Below are positions 28,501 to 40,046 of a DNA stretch of 64,000 nucleotides, piece after piece (the first letter of the stretch is position 1; each line of letters opens with the position of its first letter). The notes under the pieces are model-generated. The model had not been told where the DNA came from. It saw only the letters and a program-made list of their open reading frames with translations, and made no database searches. The stretch lies in assembly GCA_964016885.1 (NCBI GenBank), contig OZ024748.1, forward strand, positions 59,334,001 to 59,398,000, read 5' to 3'. The DNA is from Eledone cirrhosa (Eukaryota). The position numbers were made by a program, and so were the translations under genes.

Positions 28501-31060
28501 ACACTGTGTAAAGCCTGTCTTAAGCTGGAGGCTCATCACGCTGGTGTTTATCCCGCTTTTCCTGGCATAAAACAGCTGAGAGTTCAAGACTCCGCCCTGT
28601 CCATTGCAGAATTGTCCAGCTATTGCTGCTGGTACTCATTTTCGGCTGAGTATACTGGAGCAATGTGAAATGAAGTGTTATTGCTCAAGAACAGAACACA
28701 ACCCAGTCCAGGAATGGAACCCACAACATTATAATCATAAGTCCAACACCCTTACCATGAGGCCATACGCTCCCCACTGATCTTCACAGTGATAGAAGAA
28801 ATAAAAAGATGGTGTTACTTACATCAGAGGATACATCATTACCACCAGTTTCGGATGCTTTTTTAAAAGCTTCTTCAAAGGGATTTTTAGTTAAGTCTTG
28901 AAATAATCCAATCTCTTCACAGTTCTTAAGAAATTTAGTTGGGGTTGGTGTTTGATCTGTAAAAAATTAAAAAATAGATTTTTAAAAATCAATATTAATC
29001 CTTTTAGTTTTACAGCACTTTTGACATACGTTTACACCTTCACACCCCCCCTTAAATCCTACCATATTTGTATTATATCATGACACCATACTTGTCATCC
29101 TACCTTCTCATCTATCCATGATCACTTACCATTGACATTATACCTATCACATGACGTACTCTCCCTCTCTCCTTCCCCTAAACCTGCCTCACACGAGACA
29201 GGTCATCATACCCTGCTCCACTCCATAGGGTAATGAAGGCTCTTCTGTTGAATCAATGTCCAACATCCTCTCTAGTGCTGGTGCCATGACAAAATACACC
29301 CAGTACACCTTGTAAATTGGTTGCTATTAGGAAAGGCATCCAGTTGTAGAAAATTTGCCAAACAAAGAGTCGAAAGTATTCTTTTGTTATTCCAAAGACA
29401 TAGAGCTGGTGCCATGATAAAATACACCCAGTACACTCTGTAAAGTGGCTGGTGTTAAGAAGGACATCCAGCAGTAGAAAACATGCCAAAGAGTTAGGAG
29501 TATTTAGTTACTTCAAAGGCACTCCTTAGTGCTGGTGCCACAATAAAACACACTCAATACATTCTGTAAGTGTAAGCGAGATGTTTCTGGCATTATTGTA
29601 CATCACAGCCGAAAATGCTTCATTTTATATCTTAAAATTTCAAAAAATGTTCTATATATTTATCTCTATTTTAATAAATACATCTAAAGTAAAAGAGTTT
29701 TCATCATGGAGCCCCTAAAATACTACTGTGGATCACTAATTTATTATTTTGCTTGAAAGGACTAAAAAAAAATCTTATAAGAGCCCCCAAGGGCCATGAG
29801 GACCAATGATTTAGAGTATATATAGACAGTATATAATGAGAGTAGTGAGTATATAGTGAATATAGAGAGTATATAGTATATATATAGCGTATATAAAGAG
29901 TATATAGTAAATATAGTAAATAAAGAGACTATATATAGACAGTAGATAGTAGATATAGAGAGTATATAGTGTATATAGAGAGTATACAGTGAATATATAG
30001 AAAGTATATAAATAGTATATATAGTGTATATAGAGAAGACAAAGCCAATGAGTCAGTGTATGATTTGCCAATTCCATGAGAATTACAAGGTAAAGGTGTA
30101 GTGATTAATAATATCTCACTCAACACACTAGCAACATTCTCGTCTTAATACACTCACTAATTATTGATTTTTAACAAAATATTATAACACAGGTAGTTGC
30201 TTGTTTCCTTGTTCCATTGGTTGTTTGTCATTTATTAGTGTTATACTTTTATTTCTGAGATACCGTAGCTAAAAATGTCTAAAATCTGTCTCGAACACAG
30301 AGGCTCATCAAGGTCGGTGCTTATACCAGTTTCTGTGGCATTGAGTGAGAGTACAATACTCCCCCTGGATAGAACCCTAGTCCATTACAGGGTTAAAGTT
30401 TGTCTTGAACAGTTCTGAAAACTGAGAACGGCTGTCATGTGTGGGTTTGTATACATGTGTGTGTGTGTCTGTGTCTAGATGTGTGTGTGTGTCTGTGTAC
30501 ATGTGTGTATATTATTGTGGACCCCTTTTTGTGAAACACTGATTCCTTAACACCATCATAAATCTGGCACAGGAATAAAACCCTGTGGTTGTGGTGATAG
30601 AGGTGGTGATGGTGGTGGTGATGGTGATGGTGGTGGTGATGGTAGTGGTGAGGGGGGGGGGGGGTAATGGAGGTGGAGATGGTGGTGGAGGTAGAGATGG
30701 AGATGGTAATGGAGGTAGAGGAGGGGGTGGTAATGGAGATGGTAGTGGAGATGAAAGATGGAGGTGAGGAAGTTATCTTCAGACGAGAGAGAGATTTTGT
30801 CCGAATGCTTGCTAATTATAATTTACAAACAATAGAAAACATCTCCTAGACTACTCTGAAAACCAGTCAGTACATGGTCATTGACAAATAAACTAACATC
30901 GAATGCCAACAAATCTAAACCCAGAGATATTTCAATCATAGAAAACAGCCGGATTCTCTGTTTATACAGGAGATTGTTTGCAATAGACTTACTACATTGA
31001 TCACCTAAGTATTAGATTGAGCAAAGCTAGCCTCAGTCTCGACATTGTAGATCACCATTA

Positions 31061-31107
<47 letters not shown>

Positions 31108-33432
31108 TAAAATAACAGATTAAAGTTTAAGCAAAGAATCACTGTTTTCACTCTTAACGGGATCTTCTGAAACTAAAAATATCAATCTGTGAACGTAGAA
31201 GCAAATATTTCGAAAATCGTCTTCCTGTTTTCCTTCGGTTGACAACATTTTTCGAAATATTTACTTCTGTGTTCATAGATTGATTTTTTTAGTTTCAGAA
31301 GATCCCGTTAAGGGTGAAAGCAGCGATTCTTTGCTTAAACTTTGATCTGTTATTTTAATAAATATTTCCTCTAGGGTTCTTATATATTAGATATAGATTT
31401 ATCCTTATCGAGCCTTCTTTGGATTTTAGTCTTCACATTTATTAATATTACTGTATATATATATATAGTAATATAAATAAATATATAACAGAGGAGTTGT
31501 GGTAAGGAACCAGATGGATCATAACGCACCAGAGTACTCAATACTTAGGGTAGTAGAGTGGGTAATAGGAGAAAGTATGACCCCAACGGCAGACTTTAGT
31601 CCAGAAATAGCCGTCGAAACGGCTTGAGCTCTGCCGTCGGGGTCATACTTTCTCCTATATATATATATATGCATGAACCCATAACTTCTGATGGAGTTGT
31701 AGGGGTGCCATAGTGACATATGGTATTTATTGAGCATTTTAAAGACTGGCAGAGGTCATCTCTCTCTAGGTCTGAACTTAGCAAATTTCTTTCAGAGAGA
31801 GAGACAGAACGAGCGAAAGACAGTCAGGGACGTCATTACATTGCCATCATTACAATGCCATCATTAAGCATTATCATTACATCATTATCATTACATTTGC
31901 TATCATTACATTTGCTATCATTAAATTGCTATCATTACATTTCCTATCTTTACATTGCTATCATTCCATTGCCATCATTACATTGCTATTATTTTAACTT
32001 TATAATGTTCTTTTCAACACTGTTGTATAAATATTAAAGATAAATGAAGGCTCTTGGTATGAGACTAGACTATGTGTCTGTCTGTGTGAGTTTGAGTGTA
32101 GGTGTGTCAGTGAGTGTCTGTGTTTGTTGGAGTGTGTCAGTGTGTATTGGAGTGTGTTGGAGTCAGTGTATGTGTGTGTCACAGTCCATGTGTCGGTGTC
32201 TGTGTGTCAGTGTGTGTGGGCCAGTGAGTCAGTGTATGAGCCAGTGTGTATGTATCGGAGTGTGTGAGCCAGTGTGTGCTAGCATGTGTAGATCAGTGTA
32301 CAGGCCAGTGTGTGTGTCTCTGTGTCGGAGATTGTACCAGTGTGTGTGTGTGTGTGTCGGAGTGTGTGTCACTGTGTGTCTGTGTGTGTCACTGTGTGTC
32401 AATGTGTGTGACCCAGTGTGTGTCTCTGTGACGGAGATTGTGCCAGTGTGTGTGTCGGAGTGTGTGTCACTGTATGTCACTGTGTCTGACCCCATCAGAA
32501 GACATGTAAAAACTTACCTAAAAATAAATTGTTTGGTGTTCTATTGTTGCTGCCAGAGTTTAAGGTTAAACACATCTCATGTTTCTTCAAGTGTACAGTC
32601 AAGTGATCTTCATTGGTAAATCGCTGACAAACAAATAATACACATTTTATATAGAAATATATATATATATACCTGCGTGTATATATATACAGATATATAC
32701 ACATACATTGGTATTTTTATATAGACATTTATACAGATAGATAGATATATATATGTAGAGAGAGATAGAGAGAGAGACAAACACACACACTCAGATATAC
32801 ATGCACACATAGCTATAATGTTCATACACACACACAAATATGTAAACGTTTACACATACATGTATACACACACATACACAGATATATAGAGAGAGATGAG
32901 AGAGAAAACAAAATATATATATTTATATATTTATTAAAATAACAGATTAAAGTTTAAACTAAGAATCGCTGCTTTCACCCTTAACGGTTCTTATATATTT
33001 TATATATATTTATCCTTATCAAGCCCTCTTATCAAGTCCTGCTCGTATAGGACTGACTGGCGGGTTTTCTATGGCTGGATGCCCTTCCTAACACCAACCA
33101 CGTTTACAGTGTGGACTGGGAGGCTTTTACCGTGTTACCTACACGGCCACATTACAGCATGGACTGTGTGTTTTTTTTTGTCATGACCTCATTTGTTTCG
33201 GACTGGATGTTGTGGTACCAACATAACTTCACATTTAAGGGGGTGGTGTGGATGGGATGGGGGTAGTGGGACGGGGGTGTATTTTGTTAGAGGTGCCTAC
33301 TGACTGTAGGTTTCGCTTTGTACTTAGGCAAGGCGGGTCTTCTGTAATACTGTGTAGCGCCAAAGATCTCGGTCCAGTGTCATTGTCTTGGAGAGGTGTG
33401 TGTGAGGTCAGAATTTATATATATATATATAT

Positions 33433-33469
<37 letters not shown>

Positions 33470-34215
33470 ATATAAGATCAAAAGATGGTTAAAAGATTTC
33501 CAAGTATTCTATTATGCGCATTTCAAAAACAAATATAATCATGGGATGATATCTGCATTCTCATCAGATAAAATAGGGATACATATGAAGCTTAAAAAAC
33601 ACTTGTGAATAGTGAAGTTTTAAATCAACATATATATATATATTGAAATGCGCATAATAAAATACTTGGAACTCTTTTAACCATCTTTTGGTCTTATATT
33701 ATTTATACTCCAGTCCTACAAACTGTAGAGTACTACTTATCCGATATTTGCATTGCTTTATTGTGCTACAATAAAACTCACCTCCTACATTATATATATA
33801 TATATATAGATAGATAGATAGAAACACACACATGCATATATGCACATAGCTATACTGTGCACACACACAAACATATGTATATGTGTATAAATACATTCAC
33901 ACAAATATATACAAACTGCTAAACAAACATTTTCTAACTCTGTGCGTGTTTGTATGTAGGATGTATGTATTTGTGTGTGTGAGTGTGTGAGTGTGTGTGT
34001 ATGTATGCATGTATGATGTACATTTGTATGTATGTCTATGTTTGATGTATGTATACATGATGTATATATGAATGTATGTATATATCTATGATGTATATAT
34101 GAATGAATGAATGTATGTATGTCTGATGTATAACTGTATGATGTATATATGTGATGTATATATATATATATATGTGTGTGTGTGTGATGTATATATGTGT
34201 GTGTGTGTGATGTAC

Positions 34216-34248
<33 letters not shown>

Positions 34249-34261
34249 ATGTACATATATA

Positions 34262-34326
<65 letters not shown>

Positions 34327-37018
34327 TATATCATATATCATATATGTGTATGCATATGTATGTATGTATCTGTATGTATGTAACACCTATGTACACAATT
34401 GAAAATATCATTCACTGAAGCTACAAAGACTTCCTTTGGTGACCTTTCCAGAAATGAAACAATAGAGCAAAGAACTGACCAATACACAATGGTCAGTTAA
34501 CTGTTAAGGCAGGAGCGGGATAATTATAGAGTCTGGTATAATAGGAAAGTGTCTACTGACCGAGGTGGACAGTAACAATGAGTGGAACAGTACATTGTCA
34601 TCATCTTGAGACAGTAGTGTCTTGAGCTGGTACAGAAATACCTTCTGGACATAAGGTGGTAGTTGGGGGGACGAGGGGGGGGGACAATGAGGGAGGAAGA
34701 GGGGAAGGAGAAGAGAAAGAGAAGGAGGGCTGGGGATTGATAAGCCAAACAAAGGAGCCCTCTCTGTGGTTGTTTGTCTTATTAGAAATAGCAGCTAAAT
34801 CTCACTCAAACCGGAAGTACCTTCTAGACACAAGATGGTGGAGGGAAAGGACATTGAGGGGAAGGAGGGCTGGGGTTGACAAGCCAGACAAAGGAGCCCT
34901 CTCTATGGTTGTTTGTCCTGTTAGAAATAGTAGCCAAATCTCACTCAAATTACAATATAAAGGTGGATATAGAAACACCTTCTGGACACAAAGAGATAAA
35001 GGACAGAGTAAGGAAAGAAGGAGGTGGGGTGACAAGCTAAACAAAGAAACCCTTTCTGTGGTTGCTTAACCTATTAGAAATAGTAACCAAATTTCACTCA
35101 AACTATAGTCTTGAGATGGTACAGACTATTTTCTGAACACAAGAGGAAGAAAGTACAGAAAGGATTGACAAGCCAAACCAAGGAGCCCTATCTGTAGCTG
35201 CTTGTCCTAGTAGAAATAGCAGCCAAACCTCACTCAAACTACAGATGGTATAGATATAACTCTGAATACAAGGAGAAGGAGGATGGAAAAAGGGAGGAGC
35301 TATGCAGATATTGCAGGATATACAACTGTGGATTTGATAAGTCAAACAAAGGAGCAGTTTGAAAGCCTTTTTTCCCTGCTAAAGCTGGGATTAGCCTTAG
35401 GAGTCTTAGGTCAGGCTTCTACATGTCCTATCCTCTGCACCCCATTCCTATCACCTCCTCCATCAGGTTTCACCAAGTCTATCTTAGTCTTCCTCTACTT
35501 CCTTCTACATTTATTTCCATCAGTCCTCTCACCCAGTCACTTTCATTCTTAACACATTCATCATGGCTCAACTCCCCTCACACAGTCACTTTCACCTTTC
35601 CTCAACACATGTCCCAGCCCTCTCACTCCATTTCTCTTTACAATGTTCATCACTGGCTCTATTCCTCTCACCCAGTCACTTTCATCTTTCCTCAACAAAT
35701 GACCAAGTCATCTTGTCACAACATTCATCACTGGCTCTATTCCTCTCACCCAGTCACTTTCATCTTTCCTCAACAGATGACCAAGTCATCTTGTCACAAC
35801 ATTCATCACTGGCTCTATTCCTCTCACCCAGTCACTTTCATCTTTCCTCAACAAATGACCAAGTCATCTTGTCACAACATTCATCACTGGCTCTATTCCT
35901 CTCACCCAGTCACTTTCATCTTTCCTCAACAGATGACCAAGTCATCTTGTCACAACATTCATCACTGGCTCTATTCCTCTCACCCAGTCACTTTCATCTT
36001 TCCTCAACAGATGACCAAGTCATCTTGTCACAACATTCATCACTGGCTCTATTCCTCTCACCCAGTCACTTTCATCTTTCCTCAACAGATGACCAAGTCA
36101 TCTTGTCACAACATTCATCACTGGCTCTATTCCTCTCACCCAGTCACTTTCATCTTTCCTCAAAAAATGACCAAGTCATCTTGTCACAACATTCATCACT
36201 GGCTCTATTCCTCTCACCCAGTCACTTTCATCTTTCCTCAACAAATGACCAAGTCATCTTGTCACAACATTCATCACTGGCTCTATTCCTCTCACCCAGT
36301 CACTTTCATCTTTCCTCAACAGATGACCAAGTCATCTTGTCACAACATTCATCACTGGCTCTATTCCTCTCACCCAGTCACTTTCATCTTTCCTCAACAA
36401 ATGACCAAGTCATCTTGTCACAACATTCATCACTGGCTCTATTCCTCTCACCCAGTCACTTTCATCTTTCCTCAACAAATGACCAAGTCATCTTGTCACA
36501 ACATTCATCACTGGCTCTATTCCTCTCACCCAGTCACTTTCATCTTTCCTCAACAGATGACCAAGTCATCTTGTCACAACATTCATCACTGGCTCTATTC
36601 CTCTCACCCAGTCACTTTCATCTTTCCTCAACAAATGACCAAGTCATCTTGTCACAACATTCATCACTGGCTCTATTCCTCTCACCCAGTCACTTTCATC
36701 TTTCCTCAACAGATGACCAAGTCATCTTGTCACAACATTCATCACTGGCTCTATTCCTCTCACCCAGTCACTTTCATCTTTCCTCAACACATGACCAAGC
36801 CATCTTGTCACAACATTCATCACTGGTTCTATTCCCCAAGATGTTATTTTTTTTTGTTTAAATTTCATCATTGGTGAATTCTAAAGATTTACACACAAAT
36901 ATTAATTAACAAATAAATAATAAGATCAACACATGTATAAACACACGCACTGAGGTTTACTTACCATCCCACATCCTGGAGATGAACATACAAAAGGTTT
37001 TTCATCTTCACTCATCAT
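16369..37018 (-). CDS. ATF2: ATF2/ATF7/CREB5-family bZIP transcription factor, 10 coding exons: 36965-37018, 32518-32623, 28823-28956, 27671-28101, 26153-26402, 22013-22236, 19811-19879, 19277-19373, 18016-18133, 16369-16712 (1827 nt, 608 aa)
   Basis: Manual splicing gives [35 protein letters not shown] (C2H2), [33 protein letters not shown], and [72 protein letters not shown] (bZIP). All introns are GT-AG with matching phases. An invertebrate gene of this family cannot be assigned specifically to ATF2, ATF7 or CREB5. Confidence 0.93.
16755..16962 (-). mobile_element. tRNA-derived SINE, full length, in ATF2 intron 9
   Basis: Full family consensus with A and B boxes. Confidence 0.85.
17779..17986. 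mobile_element. piggyBac-type MITE (208 bp)
   Basis: TTAA|CCCTTTAGCATTTA...TAAATGCTAAAGGG|TTAA. Confidence 0.8.
18016..18133 (-). CDS. ATF2: ATF2-like exon 9 ([39 protein letters not shown])
   Basis: Leucine zipper end with the LLAHKDCP signature; cag|AGT and G|gtaagt. Confidence 0.94.
19277..19373 (-). CDS. ATF2: ATF2-like exon 8 ([32 protein letters not shown])
   Basis: bZIP basic region and zipper; cag|G and CAG|gtgtgt. Confidence 0.94.
19811..19879 (-). CDS. ATF2: ATF2-like exon 7, basic region start ([23 protein letters not shown])
   Basis: Canonical ATF2 basic region; tag|C and AG|gtacgt. Confidence 0.93.
19945..21700. repeat. 81-bp minisatellite, about 21.5 copies, in ATF2 intron 6
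   Basis: Unit gactccaaataaaatatgactgcacatggtagacattggctccataagccatggagaaggcaacccatgaaggagagcagg. Confidence 0.97.
22013..22236 (-). CDS. ATF2: ATF2-like exon 6 ([10 protein letters not shown]...GGSGAV)
   Basis: AKQ|KLKAAL resembles ATF2 AKMRLKAAL; cag|AAA acceptor; AT|gttagt donor is phase-compatible with exon 7. Confidence 0.82.
22587..23563 (+). mobile_element. Non-autonomous Helitron/Helentron-like element in (TA)n
   Basis: Starts tactagc..acccagcgttgcttgggt hairpin; ends with (CA)n and tttatatatacagat; internal about 175-bp repeats at about 23012, 23187 and 23360. Confidence 0.55.
23630..23663 (-). ncRNA. Minimal type I hammerhead-like motif in ATF2 intron 5
   Basis: AUAC-CUGAUGA-UGUCACU-GAAA-U-GAUC-AUA-GUAU, then AAUAAA; palindromic AUGAUCAU; stem II vestigial. 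Confidence 0.6.
24076..24225. repeat. Near-perfect 150-bp palindrome next to (TA)n
   Basis: Centred on tgt|aca at 24150/24151; arms complementary with few mismatches. Confidence 0.85.
24340..24519. repeat. Inverted repeat with 72-bp arms next to (TA)n
   Basis: Arms 24340-24411/24448-24519; spacer contains aatgaatactaa twice. Confidence 0.85.
24597..24671 (-). ncRNA. Type I hammerhead ribozyme motif in ATF2 intron 5
   Basis: GCUGC-CUGAUGA-17-bp stemII-GAAA-U-AUGU-AUC-ACAGC, followed by AAUAAA. Confidence 0.68.
25047..25385 (+). mobile_element. Second tRNA-derived SINE family with (GAT)n tail
   Basis: A-box TGGTTCAGTGG, B-box GAGTTCAATTC, ccttgagcaaggcactt domain, tail ggaaaagcggacgtaaaatgatgatg; related minus copies at about 9545-9800, 27290-27440 and 28530-28778. 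Confidence 0.78.
25835..26012 (+). mobile_element. tRNA-derived SINE, same family
   Basis: gggcggtggattggcagtatcggtaaagggtcagac..gagttcaaat..gttaactttgcctttcatcc. Confidence 0.85.
26153..26402 (-). CDS. ATF2: ATF2-like exon 5 (LSPNII...[17 protein letters not shown]...SLAKQ)
   Basis: [15 protein letters not shown] resembles the ATF2/7 central motif LHLPNGQTMPVAIPA; cag|G and CAG|gtaatt. Confidence 0.9.
27671..28101 (-). CDS. ATF2: ATF2-like exon 4 ([16 protein letters not shown]...polyQ...TAAP)
   Basis: Open frame 27667-28068 extended to tag|GCT acceptor; AT|gtaagt donor; phase 0 to 2. Confidence 0.85.
28823..28956 (-). CDS. ATF2: ATF2-like exon 3 ([45 protein letters not shown])
   Basis: Conserved TPTP phospho-acceptor transactivation segment; cag|AT and GAT|gtaagt; not in the ORF track because it is short. 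Confidence 0.94.
31100..31453 (+). mobile_element. Fold-back element between (TA)n tracts
   Basis: About 117-bp arms 31100-31216/31249-31365 plus tail; a deleted related copy lies at about 32925-33030. Confidence 0.7.
31495..31657 (-). mobile_element. Short fold-back element, same family as 51274-51455 and the tail at 3250-3315
   Basis: 28-bp arms 31566-31593/31630-31657; tail is the reverse complement of the actaccctaagtatcgagtactctggtg family. Confidence 0.65.
32518..32623 (-). CDS. ATF2: ATF2-like exon 2 ([35 protein letters not shown])
   Basis: Second half of the zinc finger plus JNK D-motif-like KKHEMCLTL; cag|CGA and G|gtaagt; phase 0 to 1. Confidence 0.93.
33469..33790 (+). mobile_element. 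Fold-back Penelope-like pLTR remnant with hammerhead
   Basis: Arms 33469-33526/33643-33700 plus tail to 33790; flanked by (TA)n; same family as 45497-45759. Confidence 0.72.
33505..33575 (-). ncRNA. Type I hammerhead ribozyme motif in ATF2 intron 1
   Basis: UAUUUUAU-CUGAUGA-stemII-GAAA-U-GCGC-AUA-AUAGAAUA; 8-bp stem I, intact core, palindromic AUGCGCAU. Confidence 0.75.
34735..35245 (+). repeat. Four tandem copies of a dispersed repeat (gacaagccaaacaaaggagccc..tagaaatagcagccaaatctcactcaaa)
   Basis: Copies near 34740, 34880, 35030 and 35168; the core also occurs near 4030 and 18230. Confidence 0.7.
35440..35625 (-). mobile_element. Degenerate RTE-clade LINE 3' ORF remnant
   Basis: Minus-strand translation includes [14 protein letters not shown] and [12 protein letters not shown], resembling the RTE C-terminal GHVLR..RGRPRKTW motif. 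Confidence 0.5.
35644..36835. repeat. 78-bp minisatellite, about 15 copies, in ATF2 intron 1
   Basis: Unit cattcatcactggctctattcctctcacccagtcactttcatctttcctcaacaaatgaccaagtcatcttgtcacaa; nearly invariant. Confidence 0.97.
36965..37018 (-). CDS. ATF2: ATF2-like coding exon 1 ([18 protein letters not shown]); exon probably begins at 37076
   Basis: First half of the C2H2 finger; in-frame TAG directly before ATG; donor ATG|gtaagt; acceptor ttttatatccattcag ending at 37077. Confidence 0.9.
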
Positions 37019-39759
37019 CTAACACACATGGGTATGTGAAAGATGAGAGCAAATTGACAGCTACACTATGGATGACCTGAATGGATATAAAAGAAAACAA
37101 ACACCTTTACTGTATGTATTATATGGACATGTAACTCCTGATGGAGTCATAGGGGTGTTGTACTGATATATGGTGTTTATTGAGCATTATAACCCTCGTG
37201 GAGCACCCATCCTTTCTCCAGGTCTGAACATAGGTAATTTCTTATACAAAAGAGAGACAGAGAGGAGACAGAAATGTTCATAAGTGTTAGGGTTTCGTTC
37301 CAGCTCCCCTAAATAGGAGACCCAGTTTATCACAGGTAACATTCCTAAAAAAAACCTAGTACAAATTTCTGACAGCTAACTAAATTGAAGTTATAACTCT
37401 TCCCCCAACCTTCCCCCAACAAACTCTGGTTCTATGAAACAAAACCAACCATTTTATAAGGTCCCTATTTAAATTAAAATCCTCCAACATAATTGTTAAG
37501 TCTCTATGGCTAAACCTGTCAGTGTGTTTGGCTGTTAACCAAAAGGTTGGTGGTTCAAGCTCACCCACAGACGATGGTATATCTTTTCAATGGTAGTGCC
37601 GGTAAATCTCTCAACAATCTTCATTAATTAATTGAAAGAGAATGTATTTCATTAGAAATACATTCATTAAATGTTTAATGTTCAGCCTAAATACACCACC
37701 TTTCGGTTGTTGTTTTAATTGCAGTTATCAATAAATATATAATACACCACAAAATTTGAAGTAAAAAATACAAGAGGAGTTTATAGTCCATCAAGCTTAT
37801 AGTTCACTCAATTATTTCACCTGTCTAAAAAGACATCTTTAACCCTTTGGCATTTAAACTGGCTATATCCAGCCAGAATTCTCTCACCTCTTTCTGTTCA
37901 AACCGGCAATAACTGGATGCTCAATGGATGCTCAAGATTGAACCACTTCTTTAGCCTGTGGTTCAATTTTATAAAGATTTCTCTTTAACTTGTGAAGACT
38001 CAAATGATGAAAATCAAAGATCAACACATAATAATAATAATAACAATAATGATTTCATTCATTGGCCACAAGGGCCGACATGTAGGGGACAACACAAAGC
38101 CATGGACAGTGCGGGGGGGGGGGGGGTACAATAAAATTGAGAATGGTTTCTAATTTAGGCACAAGGCCAACAATTTGGGGAGAGGGGAAAATCGATTAAT
38201 TCGACCCCAGTGTATTACTAGTGCTTTATTTTATCAACCCCGTAATAAAGCACCAGTAATGCACATAACAATAATAATAATAATAATAAACAAAATAATA
38301 TTGATAATAACAATATTAATATATTTGCAATAATAAAAGCAGAACCCCTTTTTTTTAAAAAACAATTTCTCCACTTGCTGCTGACTGCCAATTTATTCTT
38401 CACCAAAAGTGATATAATTTACAATCTTCTTTCTTAAATGCCAAAAAGAACAGAAGGGTAAGTAGAAACACTTCATCAGAATATGCCAAAAGTTTTCTCA
38501 GTCTAATCTGATGGCATTTATCCAAAGAAATATCTACTGGCACGGTCAATTTCCTTCGCAAATGTTCCCCATAAAAAAAAATCAAAAATCAAAAAAGAAA
38601 ATCATAATTAAAAAAAAATAATAAACAAATAAATAAATAAACAAATAAATAAATAAATTTCTTTTAAGACTTACTTCAGTTCTAGAAACTGAACCGATAA
38701 TTTCAATGAGTGGTCAGGTTTCTAATTAACCCCTTCTTTAATCCTCTCTCGTATCTCCTTCCTCCTCAATGCATCTGATACACTTCTAATGTTAATTACA
38801 GAGATGTGGGAGGGGGGGGGGGGGGGCCATAAAAATCACCTCGTTAGCTTAATAACCAATTTCAAGCTAAGAAGATATATGATGTTTCTAAGCAACAGTT
38901 AGATATTTCAATTTCATCCCTTTACTTCCATCTTAAACTCTTGTCATGTTATGTTATTAATACTTACTAGACTTACCTAACTTGGCTACTTTTAACAATC
39001 ATACTTCTTAGCAATGTAACCCCTACTCCTTCTCTCTCCTTTCCCTCTCCATTCTCCCTCTCTCCCCCTCTTCTCTCCTTCTCTCTCCCTTTACTATTTT
39101 TGTTTGATAAACCTACAAATAGAACTGTAACCATCTCTTCATAATACCAAACCTTAATTATCCGATATACATAACAAATGACTGAGAAAGAGACAAGCCA
39201 GTAGCCGAAGTTTACGATCATCCGAGTCAACCAGAAGAACCATATCTCATGGTTTGGCCACACCATTCATCCACAGGGGACATCTATTGCCTACAGAGTA
39301 GCTAAGGGAAATTTCCTCCCCAAAAGAAACACAGGCAAGTCACTAAAGAGATGGTAAGTCAACCAGAAGAGCCATATCTGATGGTTTGGTATTTTATTTA
39401 TCATACCAGTAACACACTGGAGTTGATTTAATCAACTTTACCCTTCCCAAAAAATTGATGGCCTTGTGCCTAAATCAAAACAGTGAATTAATGATAATTG
39501 TTTATGCTATAAGCCCAAGGCTAGAACTTTGAGAAATGTTATTAGTCTATTAAATCAGCCCCAGTGCATAACTGGTACTTTATCTCATCAACCCCAGAAA
39601 GATGAAAGGTAAAGTTGACCTCAGCTGGATTTGAATTCAGAACATATAGAGCTAAAACTAAATACCACAAGGCACCTTGTCCGATGTCCTACCCATTCTG
39701 ACAATGTAAAACAATGTCACATAGAGAAACAAAATACAAACAAAAATTATTTTCCATAC

Positions 39760-39908
39760 CTTCAGGGGGTCTTGATGGAGTTGGGGAGCTTCATGAACAC
39801 CAAGCTCCCCGTGTTGAGCCAGATAGGTTAGTTTTCAGCTACATCGGGAGAGGTTACGACTAAAGAGAGTCTAGAGTGCATGGCACCAACAGAAGGCAAC
39901 TAATAACT
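39760..39908 (-). other. Candidate non-coding 5'UTR exon of the ATF2-like gene with uORFs
   Basis: Strong acceptor ttttctattttcag| and donor AAG|gtatgg around a unique, GC-richer 149-nt segment. Confidence 0.5.
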
Positions 39909-40046
39909 CTGAAAATAGAAAACGTTAGAAAAATTACTAGATTTAATTTTTTTTTTTTTTTTTTTTTCAAAAGAAAATATTCTTCTTAGAACCATTACTG
40001 TTTGGTTACAACTTGAACCACTTAATCTTTTTTTATATCTTTAAGG

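Noticed and set aside
35423-36877. 484-aa and 432-aa His-rich plus-strand ORFs
   Set aside because: Products of the 78-bp array, antisense within an intron; no splice or domain support.
38970-39270. Possible extra 5' exon ending at AG|gtaagt near 38977
   Set aside because: Good donor but no convincing acceptor or homology; cannot be supported without RNA data.
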